Part shown: positions 1-13,063 of the stretch, one piece after another | How the letters are laid out: the number at the start of each line of letters is the position of its first letter | Numbering within the stretch: position 1 is the stretch's first letter | Assembly: GCF_964204865.1 (NCBI RefSeq) | Contig: NC_135256.1 | Location: forward strand, 15,996,001 to 16,060,000 | DNA length: 64,000 nt | Direction: 5' to 3' | DNA from: Styela clava | Lineage: Eukaryota | The notes under the pieces: model-generated | What the model saw: the letters and a program-made list of their open reading frames with translations, nothing else | The model's database searches: none | What the model was told of the DNA's origin: nothing | Translations under genes and position numbers: made by a program

Positions 1-159
1 TGCTTCGATTGATACTTATAAACAATAACAGATTTCTAAATTAATTTTCGCTTCAAGCTATGGTCTCATGTTCATAAACAGTAATAGAATTTGATTTTGG
101 GGATAATATATTCTGAATTATTTTTTCCTAATCGTTTATTTTCTGTCGTTGTTTCTTAG

Positions 160-2073
160 ATTCCACTGCCAAATAAAACACATTGGTTTTACTTATTCAA
201 TGCTACTGAAGAGGACATTCAGAAAATTTGTGTTACACTGCTATGCGTATATCAGACTATGAAAGTAAGGAATATATCTCTGAAATTAGTATTTTATATA
301 TTTTTGTACAGGTTCCTGTAAAGTGCCTATCGTGTTTGTTTTAATTTTTCTTTTCTTAGACACCATATGAAGTATTAGAGAAAAAGGTTGAGGACTGCAG
401 AGAGGTTTTGCAAAAGGAAAAACAAAAAGTAAAAGATGCCATATATGGTGAAGGGGTGAACAAATCTGCAGCGAACTCACCAGCTTCAAGGCCCTCCAGC
501 CCTGCCACAAGTATGTTCACCAATTATCTTATCATCCATTAAAAAACCCAAGTTTTTGTACCAAGTATCAAAAATTATATTTTTTATTGGTATTAGGTTC
601 TTCTTAACAGTGTTTTATCAGCATTGGAACACCAACTTTTAAGTGAAGGATTTTGTCCTAGATTATTAATAATATTTATATTGTAATAAGTTTTAAAAGA
701 TATTTATAACTACACATTGGCATTGAGTTTTTTTGAGTATATTGAATCAAGTCGATCATTTTCATGTTATAATAGTAGCAGTAGCATAATCATTAATTTT
801 TCATTATATTTTTTATTGGTATTAGGTTCTTCTTAACAGTGTTTTATCAGCATTGGAACACCAACTTTTAAGTGAAGGATTTTGTCCTAGATTATTAATA
901 ATATTTATATTGTAATAAGTTTTAAAAGATATTTATAACTACACATTGGCATTGAGTTTTTTTGAGTATATTGAATCAAGTCGATCATTTTCATGTTATA
1001 ATAGTAGCAGTAGCATAATCATTAATTTTTCATTATATTTTTTATTGGTATTAGGTTCTTCTTAACAGTGTTTTATCAGCATTGGAACACCAACTTTTAA
1101 GTGAAGGATTTTGTCCTAGATTATTAATAATATTTATATTGTAATAAGTTTTAAAAGATATTTATAACTACACATTGGCATTGAGTTTTTTTGAGTATAT
1201 TGAATCAAGTCGATCATTTTCATGTTATAATAGTAGCAGTAGCATAATCATTAATTTTTCTGTTAAATGATGTATAATCTCTAATTGCTTTCCCAGATAC
1301 TCCCAAGGACTCAAAACAACAGAGTGGTCGATCTTCTACAGTTCCAACTAATCGAGAACAAAGTAATTCAGTAGTGGCAAATGGAGATAAGAAAAGAAAT
1401 AGAGATGAGTAAGTAAATTATTGTTGGTTGCATTATCTTATGTTGTTGTTTCATTCTTTTTTTTGTAATTTTTCTTTTCCCCCAGCAGCAGGATACGAAG
1501 GAGTCATGATTCGGGAATTAAAAGGTCTCGTACTAGATCTGCGTCAACTAATCGCTCCAGTAAACTTCGGAAGCAATCTTCTAGTACCAGTTCATCTTCT
1601 GAAGATAGGTACAGCAAATAATTTAACTTGAGATTGTGTATTGTCTAGTATTTATCTCAATGTATTTATATTATTACAGTTCGCCTGAAAGACGTGAGGG
1701 GCGGAATAAGGGTCGTTCCTCTGATATGTTACCAAAATCATATTCTCATCAGAATAGCAATAGGCTTTTAGAAGAAGAGAGACGAAGGAGGAGGCGAAGA
1801 AAAGAAGGAAAATCCAGGCATTCCAAACCGAGACATGATGAAAGAGATGGACATAAAAGCAGAGACAGCTCTCGTAGTCGTCGCCAAGATAGTGCAAACA
1901 AAAAGCACAAAAGAAAGCTTTCTACTGGTGATGTTTCACCTAATACCCTGCCACTTAACCATGTAAATGGGGACAGTCCTTCATCTAGAAAAAGTCACAA
2001 ACACAGATCAGATCGTGATTCTCGTAGGAAAAAGAAGTCTCGGCATTCCCCATCTCACAGTTTAAAAAGGTGA
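160..2073 (+). CDS. CCNL1: Cyclin L (CCNL1/2 orthologue), 3' part; exons 160-264, 360-510, 1297-1408, 1486-1608, 1680-2073; 5' exons lie upstream of the window
   Basis: Spliced translation [28 protein letters not shown]...[11 protein letters not shown]...SPASRPSSP matches, from memory, the end of the cyclin L second cyclin box and linker (vertebrate [24 protein letters not shown]...PNYELLEKEVE...SPASKPSSP). It is followed by an RS-rich tail. All introns are GT-AG and keep the frame; stop TGA at 2071-2073. Confidence 0.9.
574..1260. repeat. Tandem repeat, 3 x 229 bp, in a cyclin L intron
   Basis: TATTAGGTTC recurs at 591, 820 and 1049 (period 229). The copies look identical by eye. Confidence 0.97.
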
Positions 2074-3052
2074 CAAGCGTATTTTTTAAGGAATGTATTT
2101 TAGGTAATCTTACCATTGCATTATCGCCATGTCCACTTAACTGTATGTTACCTCTTCACAATTCTGGCCAATCTGAACTGCGATTAGTAAAAATTACTTG
2201 TGACATTTTGTGTTTTCTTATTTTGGAACTTCTTTTCTATGGATTATATTGTATCGCTACTTGAGTACACACTTTCCTAATTCTGCATTTGATTGAAAGA
2301 TCTCTCTCCCTTTTTTTCTATCTGTGTGTGGTGTACTGTGTACAGTTTTCTTACTTGTACAAATTTCATTTTGATAAATCAAGAAAATTATTACTAAGAT
2401 TAAAATTGTAAGATAATTCGTTGGAGGGAAATCTGTAGCGAGGTCGTTTTCAGTAATCGTTGCGATGAATAGTTGAGCTTCTACTCTTCTCGTGTGTATT
2501 CGTGAAACTTCGGTAAATTCGGATTTTTGGATAAGTGTGGTCTTCAAAAATTGCAAAATATATTAGATTGTTGAAATATTCAAACAGTTTATGGAAGTTT
2601 TGGTTAGTGTATATCTGGGCATACCATGCTTTGTCCCGCCCGGTAGACACAAATGCCCCGGCCATGAGTAGGGTCATGAATGTTTTCTCATTAATTTAAT
2701 GTCAGTGCAAATTATTTCTTTCGTCAATGGAGGGAGTCCATTTTTCACAAGTTCGTGAGAGAGAGGACAACTATATTGCTATGCCAATAATTGTTATATA
2801 TATGTATAATACGTCAATTTAACATCTTAACGGAAGCTGTATTGCAGTTGAATTTTTCGAAATGCGGAAAAGAAAGTGCACGCTTTCCAATGATTTGAAT
2901 ATTATCAGCATTCATTCAAGTTGAATATTACTTAGCTGAATTTTATATTAAAATCGTTATCGTATATTTACAATTTATATTACTAAGCTTGTTGGCCTCT
3001 TTATCTGAGCTCGCGACTGAAAAAAAATGGAATACTGAATTAACCTTAGCTC

Positions 3053-3899
3053 GGTGGTGTGGCGCATCGTGCTAAGCGTTAGGAATACGCTCGCCCCAGA
3101 CCTCCGATTACCTCCTCCGGTTAGTGGATTCGAACCCGGTTGGGGATAATGATTGATTGTGGTCGAGAGGATTGCCTGGACTCCTTGTCGTCGCACCAGA
3201 GCCCATGGTGATTCACGTAACGGCTTCCTCTATTCCTATGAACCTTTCCCCGAGCATCGACTTCCTTGTTTACTTCGTGACATTGGCCAATCAGCAAGAT
3301 GCAAAAAGTGACGTAACAATGCTCCCTTTTCGCATCCGCTCAGACACTTTTCTCACTCAGACAGATTTTCAAGCGTGGTCGTAAACATTACCTCGTTTTC
3401 GCGTTTTTGAACTATATTCGTTAGTTTTCTGTTGTGTTTCGGAAACTTAAATATAAATCAGATAATTTAATGATCACTCTGTCTTCCTAGGAGTTTTGAT
3501 TTAATTGCAGTATTAAAAAATTAATGTAGAAATTGCTGTTATAGACTAAGCTAAAATTCTTTACTGGTACTTTTAAAAAACATATTGTTGTATGCAGTGG
3601 ATCATAATGATGGTTTGAAACACATACTCCAGTTTACAGGCGCCAACTCGCAAAGGCACTCTTAAAATACCCCCGAAAATTTTGCAATGGTAAAGTATTG
3701 GAAGAATTTTTCGGGGGTTAGAGGTCGGGGAAAGGTCCATTTCTAAGTACGTGCATCTGAAAATATTAACTGGATAAGTAATCCCATACCCGACATGAAC
3801 TGGTAGCGGGCGAGAGGCCGTAGTTTTCGTCATATGATCACGCCTTCTTATAGGCTGTCCTCTCCCCGGGATAAATATGTAAATTTTATCCTATTCCTA
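3053..3899 (+). mobile_element. tRNA-derived SINE, split by a MITE insertion
   Basis: Pol III A-box-like TGGCGCATCGTG (3060) and B-box GATTCGAACCC (3127). The 3' half (ATCCCATACCCGACAT...CCCCGGGATAAATATGT, ATCCT-like tail, 3745-3899) recurs in reverse orientation at about 47067-47185. Confidence 0.7.
3240..3738. mobile_element. Non-autonomous DNA transposon (MITE) inside the SINE; possible AT TSD (ISL2EU-like)
   Basis: Imperfect TIRs GAACCTTTCCCCGAGC ... GGTCGGGGAAAGGTCC, flanked by AT on both sides. Confidence 0.6.
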
Positions 3900-4402
3900 A
3901 CCCGGCCCTTTTTAAGGATTGGATTTTGTCGCAGATTCTCTATTTTCTTGTTACAATTTCGTCCACGAAAGTTTATGTCTTGTTGCCATAATATTCTAAA
4001 CATAACTTACCTCTCTTTCTCAAATCCAACGAAGTCGATGTTCTCGTACGGTACTAAGAATTGCTGATCGGCCCATTATATACTGTATTAGATTAGAGAG
4101 TAACATACGGTAATCGATTTTCGAAGGTCACGCAGCGTAATGATGATAAGCGATTTATTTTATTCTGGCGAAACATATGGAGCGCAGTTGTTAAATCTTT
4201 TTGTGAATTAATCTCGCTCTTTTCTACGTAGTGACGTATTGCGACTCTGGTTCATCTTCGATTTTGGATTTACGCGGAAGGTTAGCGTTGTCGCCCTTGA
4301 TCTTGATCGAGCAGTCTGCGTATTCAGATATTTCCGTACTTTTTGTCTCTTGTCATTATTAGACAACTGCCGCTAGCAAGTTAAACCACTTTATGCTGCA
4401 GC

Positions 4403-7400
4403 ATGGCTTCAACGAATCAACAAGTTATTCCTAATGGATTCAAGTTCTTATTCGGTGGTACATCAGGGTAAGCTTTATTTCAGTATTTATTTGAATGTCT
4501 GTGTATGTACAGATGCATGTATGCAGTACCATGTACCTCAGTACTTGTAATGCAGCATTTAGAATATGCAATCATTCTAGTCTGCTTTATTTCCCGACTT
4601 GTTTCATATTGCAGTATTCTGGTATTGGTGAAATTGGGAGTCTTATTGTAAGATATATCTCAGTATCTACAGTCAGTAGGGCAATTTGGGATTTAACTCC
4701 ATCTATAATCAGCTTGGCAATATGTTTTCAATAGAACTTTATTTTTACTGTTCACTCCCGATTAGAAAATTGATCAATTTGGCAGTGGCAACTATTACTA
4801 GATTATCGATTCTATCTATTACTAAATTATATGGTGTGGCAAATATTTTTCCTTTTTATTATTTTTGTTTGCTATGTAATTTATCATAAGCTTATCATGT
4901 TTTTTTAGGTAATTTCTCTGTGGTTGTGTGTGTGTGGTGGGTGCGTGTGTGATATAATTTAATAATTTTTTTAGGTGAGTTAGCATGTCCCACTTCTTTT
5001 TGGCAACACCTTCCATCTTATATTCTGTATGTTTCAAACCTTATCTAAGGTTTTGTTTGCTCTCCTGAGTTCATAATCAGTTTTTTTTTATTTGTTTTTA
5101 TCAATCATTTTATTGTTATGCTGATTATGGAGTTGAAATAAACTTATACTTAGCCTATATACTCAATCAATAATGAATAAACTCACAAGGCATATTTTCT
5201 ACAAATGCAAATGAACTTACAGTCCTTACTGCCTTACCAACATCATGATTACTTCAAGTACTACTGTATTAACTGACTATTGCAGTTATATAGAAGTTTT
5301 TTTACTTGGACAATTTTTTTGTCAATGGCATGAAAATGGGCAATCCTTTCAATACACTGGTTGATATACGAGTTTTAAGTATTTACATCTCACAGAATGG
5401 CTGCAACTTTGTTTGTTCAACCTTTGGATCTTGTGAAGAATCGCATGCAACTGAGTGGTGAGGGTGGAGGTCAAAGAATGTATAAGAACAGCTTCCAAGC
5501 AATCTCTACAATATTAAGAAGTGAAGGTGTGGTTGGAATATACACTGGGTATGATAGAGAGTCTAGAATAGGTATTTAGAGAGGATAAGTCTTATTTGTT
5601 GCAGTTAATAATAAATATGTAATCTTTAATATTACCGGTACATTCTCTTTATAAATATTGATGTCTATGGCAGGTTATCTGCTGGCTTGTTGAGACAAGC
5701 TACATATACTACAACAAGGTTGGGTGTTTATACAATGCTGATGGATAAAGTTTCGAAGAAAGATGGAACTCCGCCTAACTTTTTTACCAAAGCAGCACTA
5801 GGTATAAAAATATTCCCTTTGTTTGAAGATTTTCCTCTCTTGTTAAATGTCGCCTTTAGGTACTTGGTATGTATTAGTATGTATTACTTTATATACATCA
5901 AAGAGATATTTTTAAATAAATGCCCTTGCACACTTAGGGCTTTGTTATGAACCATTACATCTTCTATAACCAGAAGTGATTTCGTTTATATTTTTTGGAC
6001 AATGCTTCCTCTGCAGTTTTTGTTGTAACTCGTCATTCTTACAACTTCTCAATGAACAAAAAAAACAAGCAGATGTATGATTTGTCTACAAATGTACTTG
6101 CATACCAATACCCAATGCAAGTTCTTGGTTAAAATTAAAGTTCATTCATATGTCATCACTATTACAAATGTAAATTTTGTCTTTGTAAATGGTATTGAAG
6201 ATTTGACTGAAAACACGATTGCAACTTTATGATTTTAAACAATTTTCATAATATTCTGAAGTTTATTCTAGCTATTATTAAAATATTGAAACAGTTGCTG
6301 CACCAATGTAGTTAATAATATGTTACAATACGTTAATCAACTTTGTCCAGGAATGACAGCTGGGGCAATTGGAGCGTTTGTTGGCACACCTGCTGAGATA
6401 TCATTGATCAGAATGACTTCGGATGGAAGGTTACCGATTAATGAACAGAGGGGATACACTAGTGTTTTTAATGCATTATCCAGAATTATAAGAGAAGAAG
6501 GCCTTTTTACTTTGTGGAGGGTGAGCATGATATCCTTGCGGTATCAACCTGATACAACAGTCGATTCCTAATGTTATTATTGATTTTATTGATATTTTTC
6601 TTATAACTGATCACATACGGATTGATTGATAATCACCTAAAATTGCTTCTATTATTATAAAGGATTTCATTAATTAAGGTCATCAACATACTTTCACATT
6701 TAGCATTCAAGGATCCATATAATTAGTGATTCAAATTATGTATACAGGGATGTGGACCGACTGTATCAAGAGCTATTGTTGTCAATGCTGCACAATTAGC
6801 TTCATATTCTCAAGCAAAACAGGTTCTTCTAGGTTCTGGTAAGTTTGATAATTTGACTTGACAGCAGTATCGGGTACAAGTTCCTAAACCCTGTGAAAAT
6901 TTGTGACCCAGTGAAAACATGCCAAACGCCGACTGCTCTGCCCTGCCGTCATCCTAATCCTGTGTTACAATAAATTTCAAGATTTTTTCTGGACCCATTT
7001 TACACTGTTAAAAATGGTGAATTTCGCAGTAAAGGCATGAATTCAAATTCTCTTTGAGTCTTTAAAATGTATTTTTGTGAATGTCATTATTTTTGGGATA
7101 TCTTTTATCACTGACATTTGGACGAGGTTTCATCTCAAGATTTGTTTCTACAAATTCTATTCGCTGAACTAATATTTTGGTTGAATTAAATTTAATGAAT
7201 ATGATTGTGTCTTTGCCTCCGGGCACTATATTTAATATTCCTCAAAGACCAGATTGAAAACTCTGAATGAAGCTGTACAATGTGATCAGTATTGTACTTA
7301 CCGGTACATCTTATGACATTGTTCGTGATATCATGTTGACTTCTAAATTTTTAGCCAATACACATCTCTTATTTTATGTTGTACTGCTTGAGTTCTCTTG

Positions 7401-9045
7401 ACCTTGTTCAAACTTTTTGACACAAATTATCCCAAATTTAAGATTGCCTCTTTTCATTTTCACTGTTTTATTGCAGGTCATTTCCGAGATAATATTTTGT
7501 GTCATTTTGTTGCAAGTATGATCAGTGGTCTTGTTACAACAATCGCATCAATGCCTGTCGATATTGCCAAAACAAGGTTAGTATTTTTTATGTGTTCTGG
7601 TGGTTCTAGCATAGCTGTGAATTTGGAACCCAAACTCTGAGCCGAGCCATTCTAAAACCTACTTTGGCTCCTACTCGTGGTTGACAAAAAATTTTGATTC
7701 CGGATTGAAGAAGATGCAGACTTCAGTTTGATCACAAAAACTAAGGTGTATATGCGATCATTTTTCAATTGTTTGTTGAGAATGATTAATCAACTCATGC
7801 TTTTATTAAAAATTTTTACCTCGATTATTTATTCAAACCGCTGCGATTTTAAAGAATTCATATTCGACTCCGACACCCCTGATTGCATGTAGTTAAAAGG
7901 AATACAGTATCATTAAAAAAGCCAAACCCATGACTCCCCAACATTGAACTTCACTCACATGCTTTTCGTTACCATCAAAGAAATTTGCAAAGTTTCATGG
8001 CACACTTATGTTATAGGTTCTCCAAGTAGGACTCTGATAATATTTTTTTTCACCTCTAGAATACAAAGTATGAAGACCATAGATGGAAAACCTGAATATA
8101 CTGGTGCCATTGTAAGTGGTATTTTAGTATCTAAATAACTTGAATCTGTAACTAAGTGTAAGCTATAATATAGACAAATCTGTAACTAAGTGTAAGCTAT
8201 AATATAGACAAATATGCACTACTATTATGTTTACCAGTGCATAGTTTCATTGACCTGGCGTAAGCTTTTTTTCATCCTATTCAGTCGGTCTTGATGTGTT
8301 AACTTAGAACACTGCTAACAATGGCAGAGTAGCATATGTTAACTGCAGCAGCTATTCACATGACATGCCTTTTTGTTCACTTTTCAATGGGATGTAATGT
8401 AACTAGTTCATTAATACTAGAGAAAAAGTCATGCAATTCAGGGCAGCATAAGCGAAAACTGAGTAATGTAATTTCATATTCTCAAACTTGGAATGTTTTA
8501 AACTAAACTATGTACAAAAAGGAAAATTGGCTCTATTTGCTGCTGGGACCCTATTTAATAATAATAGTAATTATTAATAATAACCCTCTATTTAATAATA
8601 CTTGAGAAAAAGTCATGCAATTGAGGACAGCATAAGCGAAAACTGAGTAATGTAATTTTATATTCTCAAACTTGGAATGTTTTAAACTAAACTATGTCCA
8701 AAAAGGAAAATTGGCTCTATTTGCTACTGGGACCCACCATATGTTTCAAGTAGTCAGCCAAGTCCGTTTCTCAAGATTATAAATATATACATACATAATT
8801 ATATCAGAGATCTAAATGTATTTTTGAATTAGTTAATATACATTTGTGGCAAAGGCTTTGATATTTTGTGCCAAATTCGACATGTTTTTATATTTCAGAA
8901 TGTTCTCACAAGGACTGTACGATCAGAAGGAATTTTCAGTTTATGGAAGGGTTTTACACCCTATTATTTTCGACTTGGCCCACACACTGTGCTTACATTT
9001 ATATTTTTAGAACAATTGAACAAGCTTTATAGGAAATTTGCCTGA
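4403..9045 (+). CDS. SLC25A11: Mitochondrial 2-oxoglutarate/malate carrier; exons 4403-4467, 5396-5548, 5674-5801, 6351-6520, 6748-6838, 7477-7576, 8060-8111, 8899-9045
   Basis: Spliced protein MASTNQQVIPNGFKFLFGGTSGMAATLFVQPLDLVKNRMQLSG...GLSAGLLRQATYTTTRLGVY...GTPAEISLIRMTSDGRLP...RAIVVNAAQLASYSQAKQ...SMPVDIAKTRIQSM...LWKGFTPYYFRLGPHTVLTFIFLEQLN. It carries three PX[DE]XX[KR]X[KR]-type carrier motifs and OGC-specific sequences. All introns are GT-AG and frame-consistent. Confidence 0.96.
8143..8213. repeat. 34-bp tandem duplication in SLC25A11 intron 7
   Basis: AATCTGTAACTAAGTGTAAGCTATAATATAGACA occurs twice in direct succession. Confidence 0.9.
8420..8735. repeat. About 130-bp direct duplication (period 184 bp) in SLC25A11 intron 7
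   Basis: GAGAAAAAGTCATGCAATT...GGGACCC at 8420 and 8604, with a few substitutions. Confidence 0.9.
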
Positions 9046-11531
9046 TTTACCTGGGTTTTATCACGGTTTTTAATTCTATAAATAACCACTTTAATCATGG
9101 TGCATGAGAACAAAAAATTATGAACATCCATTTTATCGACTTCGTTTTGGAATAGAAATATAATTATGTTGAATAGCACTTCACTTGTGTTTTTTCACTA
9201 CATCTGATGGGCAATTTGCAGCAACATTTTTGATCTCTGTCTGAACTTGTTTTCATCACTATTTCAATTTATCCAAATTCTTGAAATTAGTCTAGACTCT
9301 TGATATATATAACCGTACTATGTTAAAGCACAACGACGCTGCAGCGCAATCGATATAAATTGAAACACCTACTACAAAGGCAAGCCTCGAGTAACTGGTG
9401 AAGACCGTGATAGCCTAAGAAATTGAACTTAAATATTGGATTGAATAGGGTATTATACCCGTCAGAAAAAATTAGTTTATGAACTATTTCTGTATCGTGT
9501 ATTTATCTAAACTTTATCTTGTTTTTTTTTGCTGTTATTGCAGCAGGGAATTTGAAACTTTTCATAACACTCTAGCTTTTCATAAAATAAATGACTTAAA
9601 ACTCGTGGTTGACCAAAATATCCTACTTCTGAATTCAAGTTAAAAAATTTACTTACCGACCCATGTTCATATAAATTATAAACCATAACTCGCATGGTAA
9701 ATCCAAAATCGATAGTTTGAGATTCTATTGCTTAAATTTTAACATTCTTTTAATTATATTATTACTGTAATATGCATACCGTAAGTATCCTTTCTTGATA
9801 AATTCGTTCTTGTCCATGCTCTCATTTTATTAATGGTGTTGTCATAATTCGTTAATTAAAATGTGTGTTAATTTTGGAAATACAAATTCATTGTAGCATT
9901 GTGCTGGGTACAAGACAACATCGCATTGCTTAAAATTATGAGTGGGTTCACAAAATCTAATCCTATGATATATATATATGAACATGTGAAAATAGTTTGC
10001 TGGACTACGTGCAAGATTGTCTAAGTCTAAGACTTTTCAGATAATAATTCAGAGATTGAGTTGTTTTGTTCCACCTTAATTACTGACTATCATAGCGCTA
10101 CATTTAGGAAGATATTTATTTGTGGACTAGGCAGGAATATGTATCAAAGATCATTCCAGGATGGACACTGGAGTGGATGAATAGGTACGTGAGAGCTGAC
10201 CACCATGTTTTTTTCCCCATTGTCAGCTGAACTTGGTAACAAAGCACAATCCTGATGAAAGGTGCACATAAATTTTATTAAAAACAAAGCACTATGCTTT
10301 CTACGATAATGTTACACACGCTTTATATATATTACGAAAAAAATTATAAGACTAATAAAAAAGTTTGCAGAGCTTTCACTGGAATGGCAAATTTGCTTCA
10401 GTTTTGTCAACATTCTAGCAGAAAATTGTTCAAAAACCGCACAAGTATGTAGCAGGAGCTGAAGCTACTAGAAATTTTAGTGGATCTCTCTAATTTTTCA
10501 TACATCACACAAATAAAATCCTTATCCAGCTTGTATTTTTTTAATATCCAATTTCTTAAAATAGCTTTACAGTTTTTTTGAAACTTGTATCATGGTCTTG
10601 AGCTGACATGAAAGTGTTATTTGGGACTAGTGTTCCAGGAGTGGCCATACCAAAAACACAAATGACCATGGGGCGGGAGTGCAGCTGCAAGGTATTACAA
10701 TTTCAAGCCAGCCGTGATAACAACAAGCAAACAAATTTGTGTCAAAAATTAAACAATGCATCTGGAGAGTGTTATCATTTCCAAAGGCAAAACTTGCCAT
10801 GTTACTATATTTCTGAGCATTTTGGATTTAGGACAAAAGAGATTCCGGAGTTTGAACATAATGTGGCTTCAGAGCTGCAGAAGGAGCCATTACAATTTCA
10901 AGCCAGCGCCCCAGCCGTGATAACAACAGGGAAACAAATTTGGGCACACAGTATGCGTACTAATATGGGGGTAACTATTTTTGTTCGTCCATTTGACATC
11001 AGGTTGTGTTAGGGGACTGAAACCTATCGGCAGGGGGATATTCAATTGGCTATCACAGAAAGTCCATGAACTCGTAATCGAACAGAAATAAGAAAAATCT
11101 GAATGAAATTATCACCTAATCTGGTACACTTACTTCGGGAGTACCCAAATTAAACAAAGCATCTGGAGAGAGTTACCATTCTCAAATACATAACTTCATG
11201 TTAATATATTTTTGATCATTTTGGATTTGAGACAAAAGAAATTCCATATATACTTGAAAATGGCAACCCTGCGACATAGATTGCACAGCAAACAAACTGA
11301 CAGTGAACATTTAATTAAAGAATAATTAGCAAAACAAATTGAAGCATAGTAAATATATGTATATAAATCATAAGTATCGTTAAGACCGTTGCAAACCAAC
11401 TACATTTACCGTAGTTATTTACAACAGGAAAGAGTACATGAAAACACATTTAATAAGTATTATTGCTGACCCAGGAAACACGTTAGTTCTTTCAACCGAT
11501 AATATGTATAAGAAAGTTTTACACTATATAG

Positions 11532-11748
11532 CAGGGATGGTGAACTTCCTTCTTCCTGTGTCCTAAAGCCGAAACAGCATTATTTTCATGAGCTGCATTT
11601 TATAACTGTTCATTTATGTTAGCGTATTACAAATTTTCATTGATGATTTTATCACTGGAATGTTAGAATGTTTTTTGCAACGCCAACAATCAGTGACATA
11701 ACAGTTCATTGAAAAATAAAACTGCGGACCAGTGGTTCACCATACCTG
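11532..11748. mobile_element. Short hAT-type MITE downstream of the TMEM30 CDS (probable 3' UTR)
   Basis: TIRs CAGGGATGGTGAAC ... GTTCACCATACCTG and a subterminal GCGGACC motif. The TSD is degraded. Confidence 0.6.
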
Positions 11749-11986
11749 CCATCTATAGGTGACAAATAATTTGGAAACAAGACAATGTCAAAACTGAATA
11801 TATATATAACTTTAAATCTTGACATAATATTATTTTAATAGATATCCTACTATCAGAAATTAATTATCTCAATTATGCAGAGCCTACCCATCAAGTAATT
11901 GTCAAAATCTTAGTAGTAAAGCTGGTTGCATGAAACGTAAATCAAGAGTAAATAAAATTTTGCTTGTGCATGTAGATGTTTACAGA

Positions 11987-13063
11987 TCATCGAGGTCCAG
12001 TTGTTGTTTTCTTGGTTATTTGATGAACTATGCATAAAGCAATGCCGACTGCGAAGCACAACGATCCTACTACAATGTAGGCAATCCCCAGAAAATTATT
12101 CTTGCCTCCGATCCAACTGGTTGTGCTTACGATGATACGTTTTGTGCCGTCAAATGACTGGACTGGGAAATTGTAATCGATCTGTATAGTGTAGACTCCT
12201 TTTGGTAATCCATCAACAATTCGGCCATAGGGTTTTCTGAAAGTAGGGAAAGCTGCAGTTCGCATCCATACAATTAGGCCTTCATTTTCAAATCCATTAT
12301 TGGATGGATTATTAGTATCAAGCTCATATACTGCTTTCTGCCAGAAGTCAGGTTTTGCATAGCCATTGAAGCGTTGTGAAATTGATAGATTTGGATCTCC
12401 TGGATTATTGAACTTCTGACCTTTGTCTGTGGGCCAGGCTATGCCTGTGAGGTTTATCCCCACTGGAGTAGTCACACCTTCGAGGGTAAAGTTGAATGTA
12501 TCATTAAATAAACTGTTGGCAATAGCTCCACAAGGTGCAATTGGAGGTGATGAAGAAGTGTTATTGACATTCCTATAGGGTGAACAATCATTGCTGAGAG
12601 AATTTTCTACACTTTGGCCATTCAGCTGTGCATCATCTCGAGATTTGACATATCGTCTATGATTTTGAAAGAAGTTGGTAAGGCCATAGTAAACATACAC
12701 TTCTGTTTGCATATGTTTAGTGACATTTAGAGTGACATTGCACGAACAAGGTATCGTCATTTTTGAAGCATTGTTCCTTAATTCAGCACACTCGTTATTT
12801 CCACAGTTTGTGTAATCTGTTGAAAACTCGATGACCTCATTTGAAGCAAGAAGTAAGGCCACACCAAGTGGAATGAAGATTACTGATATTACGAAAAACG
12901 CAGGAAGAACAGACTGTGCTGTCAGAATCGGTTGCCAAGCAGGAAGACGCTGCTGTTTGAAAGCCGTATTGTCAGGTTTCCTACTCTTTTCAATGCTGTT
13001 GTTGTCAGAAGAAGATGTTTCACTTGGAGTAGCGGGTGAGAAGCTTCCAGATCTACCAGCCAT
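11987..13063 (-). CDS. TMEM30A: CDC50/TMEM30 family P4-ATPase flippase beta subunit, intronless CDS (358 aa)
   Basis: Family motifs PDNTAFKQQRLPAWQPILT, YYGLTNFFQNHRRYVKSRDDAQL, PIAPCGAIANSLFNDTF, IVWMRTAAFPTFRK and SWIGGKNNFLGIAY; two TM segments. Confidence 0.96.
   Translation of the reverse strand: MAGRSGSFSPATPSETSSSDNNSIEKSRKPDNTAFKQQRLPAWQPILTAQSVLPAFFVISVIFIPLGVALLLASNEVIEFSTDYTNCGNNECAELRNNASKMTIPCSCNVTLNVTKHMQTEVYVYYGLTNFFQNHRRYVKSRDDAQLNGQSVENSLSNDCSPYRNVNNTSSSPPIAPCGAIANSLFNDTFNFTLEGVTTPVGINLTGIAWPTDKGQKFNNPGDPNLSISQRFNGYAKPDFWQKAVYELDTNNPSNNGFENEGLIVWMRTAAFPTFRKPYGRIVDGLPKGVYTIQIDYNFPVQSFDGTKRIIVSTTSWIGGKNNFLGIAYIVVGSLCFAVGIALCIVHQITKKTTTGPR

Noticed and set aside
3053-3145. Possible tRNA gene (A and B boxes)
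   Set aside because: I cannot fold a cloverleaf or find a T-run terminator, and it continues into a dispersed repeat body, so it is a SINE head.
10608-11012. 134-aa ORF
   Set aside because: Lies in a decayed tandem repeat; no recognisable motif or splice context.
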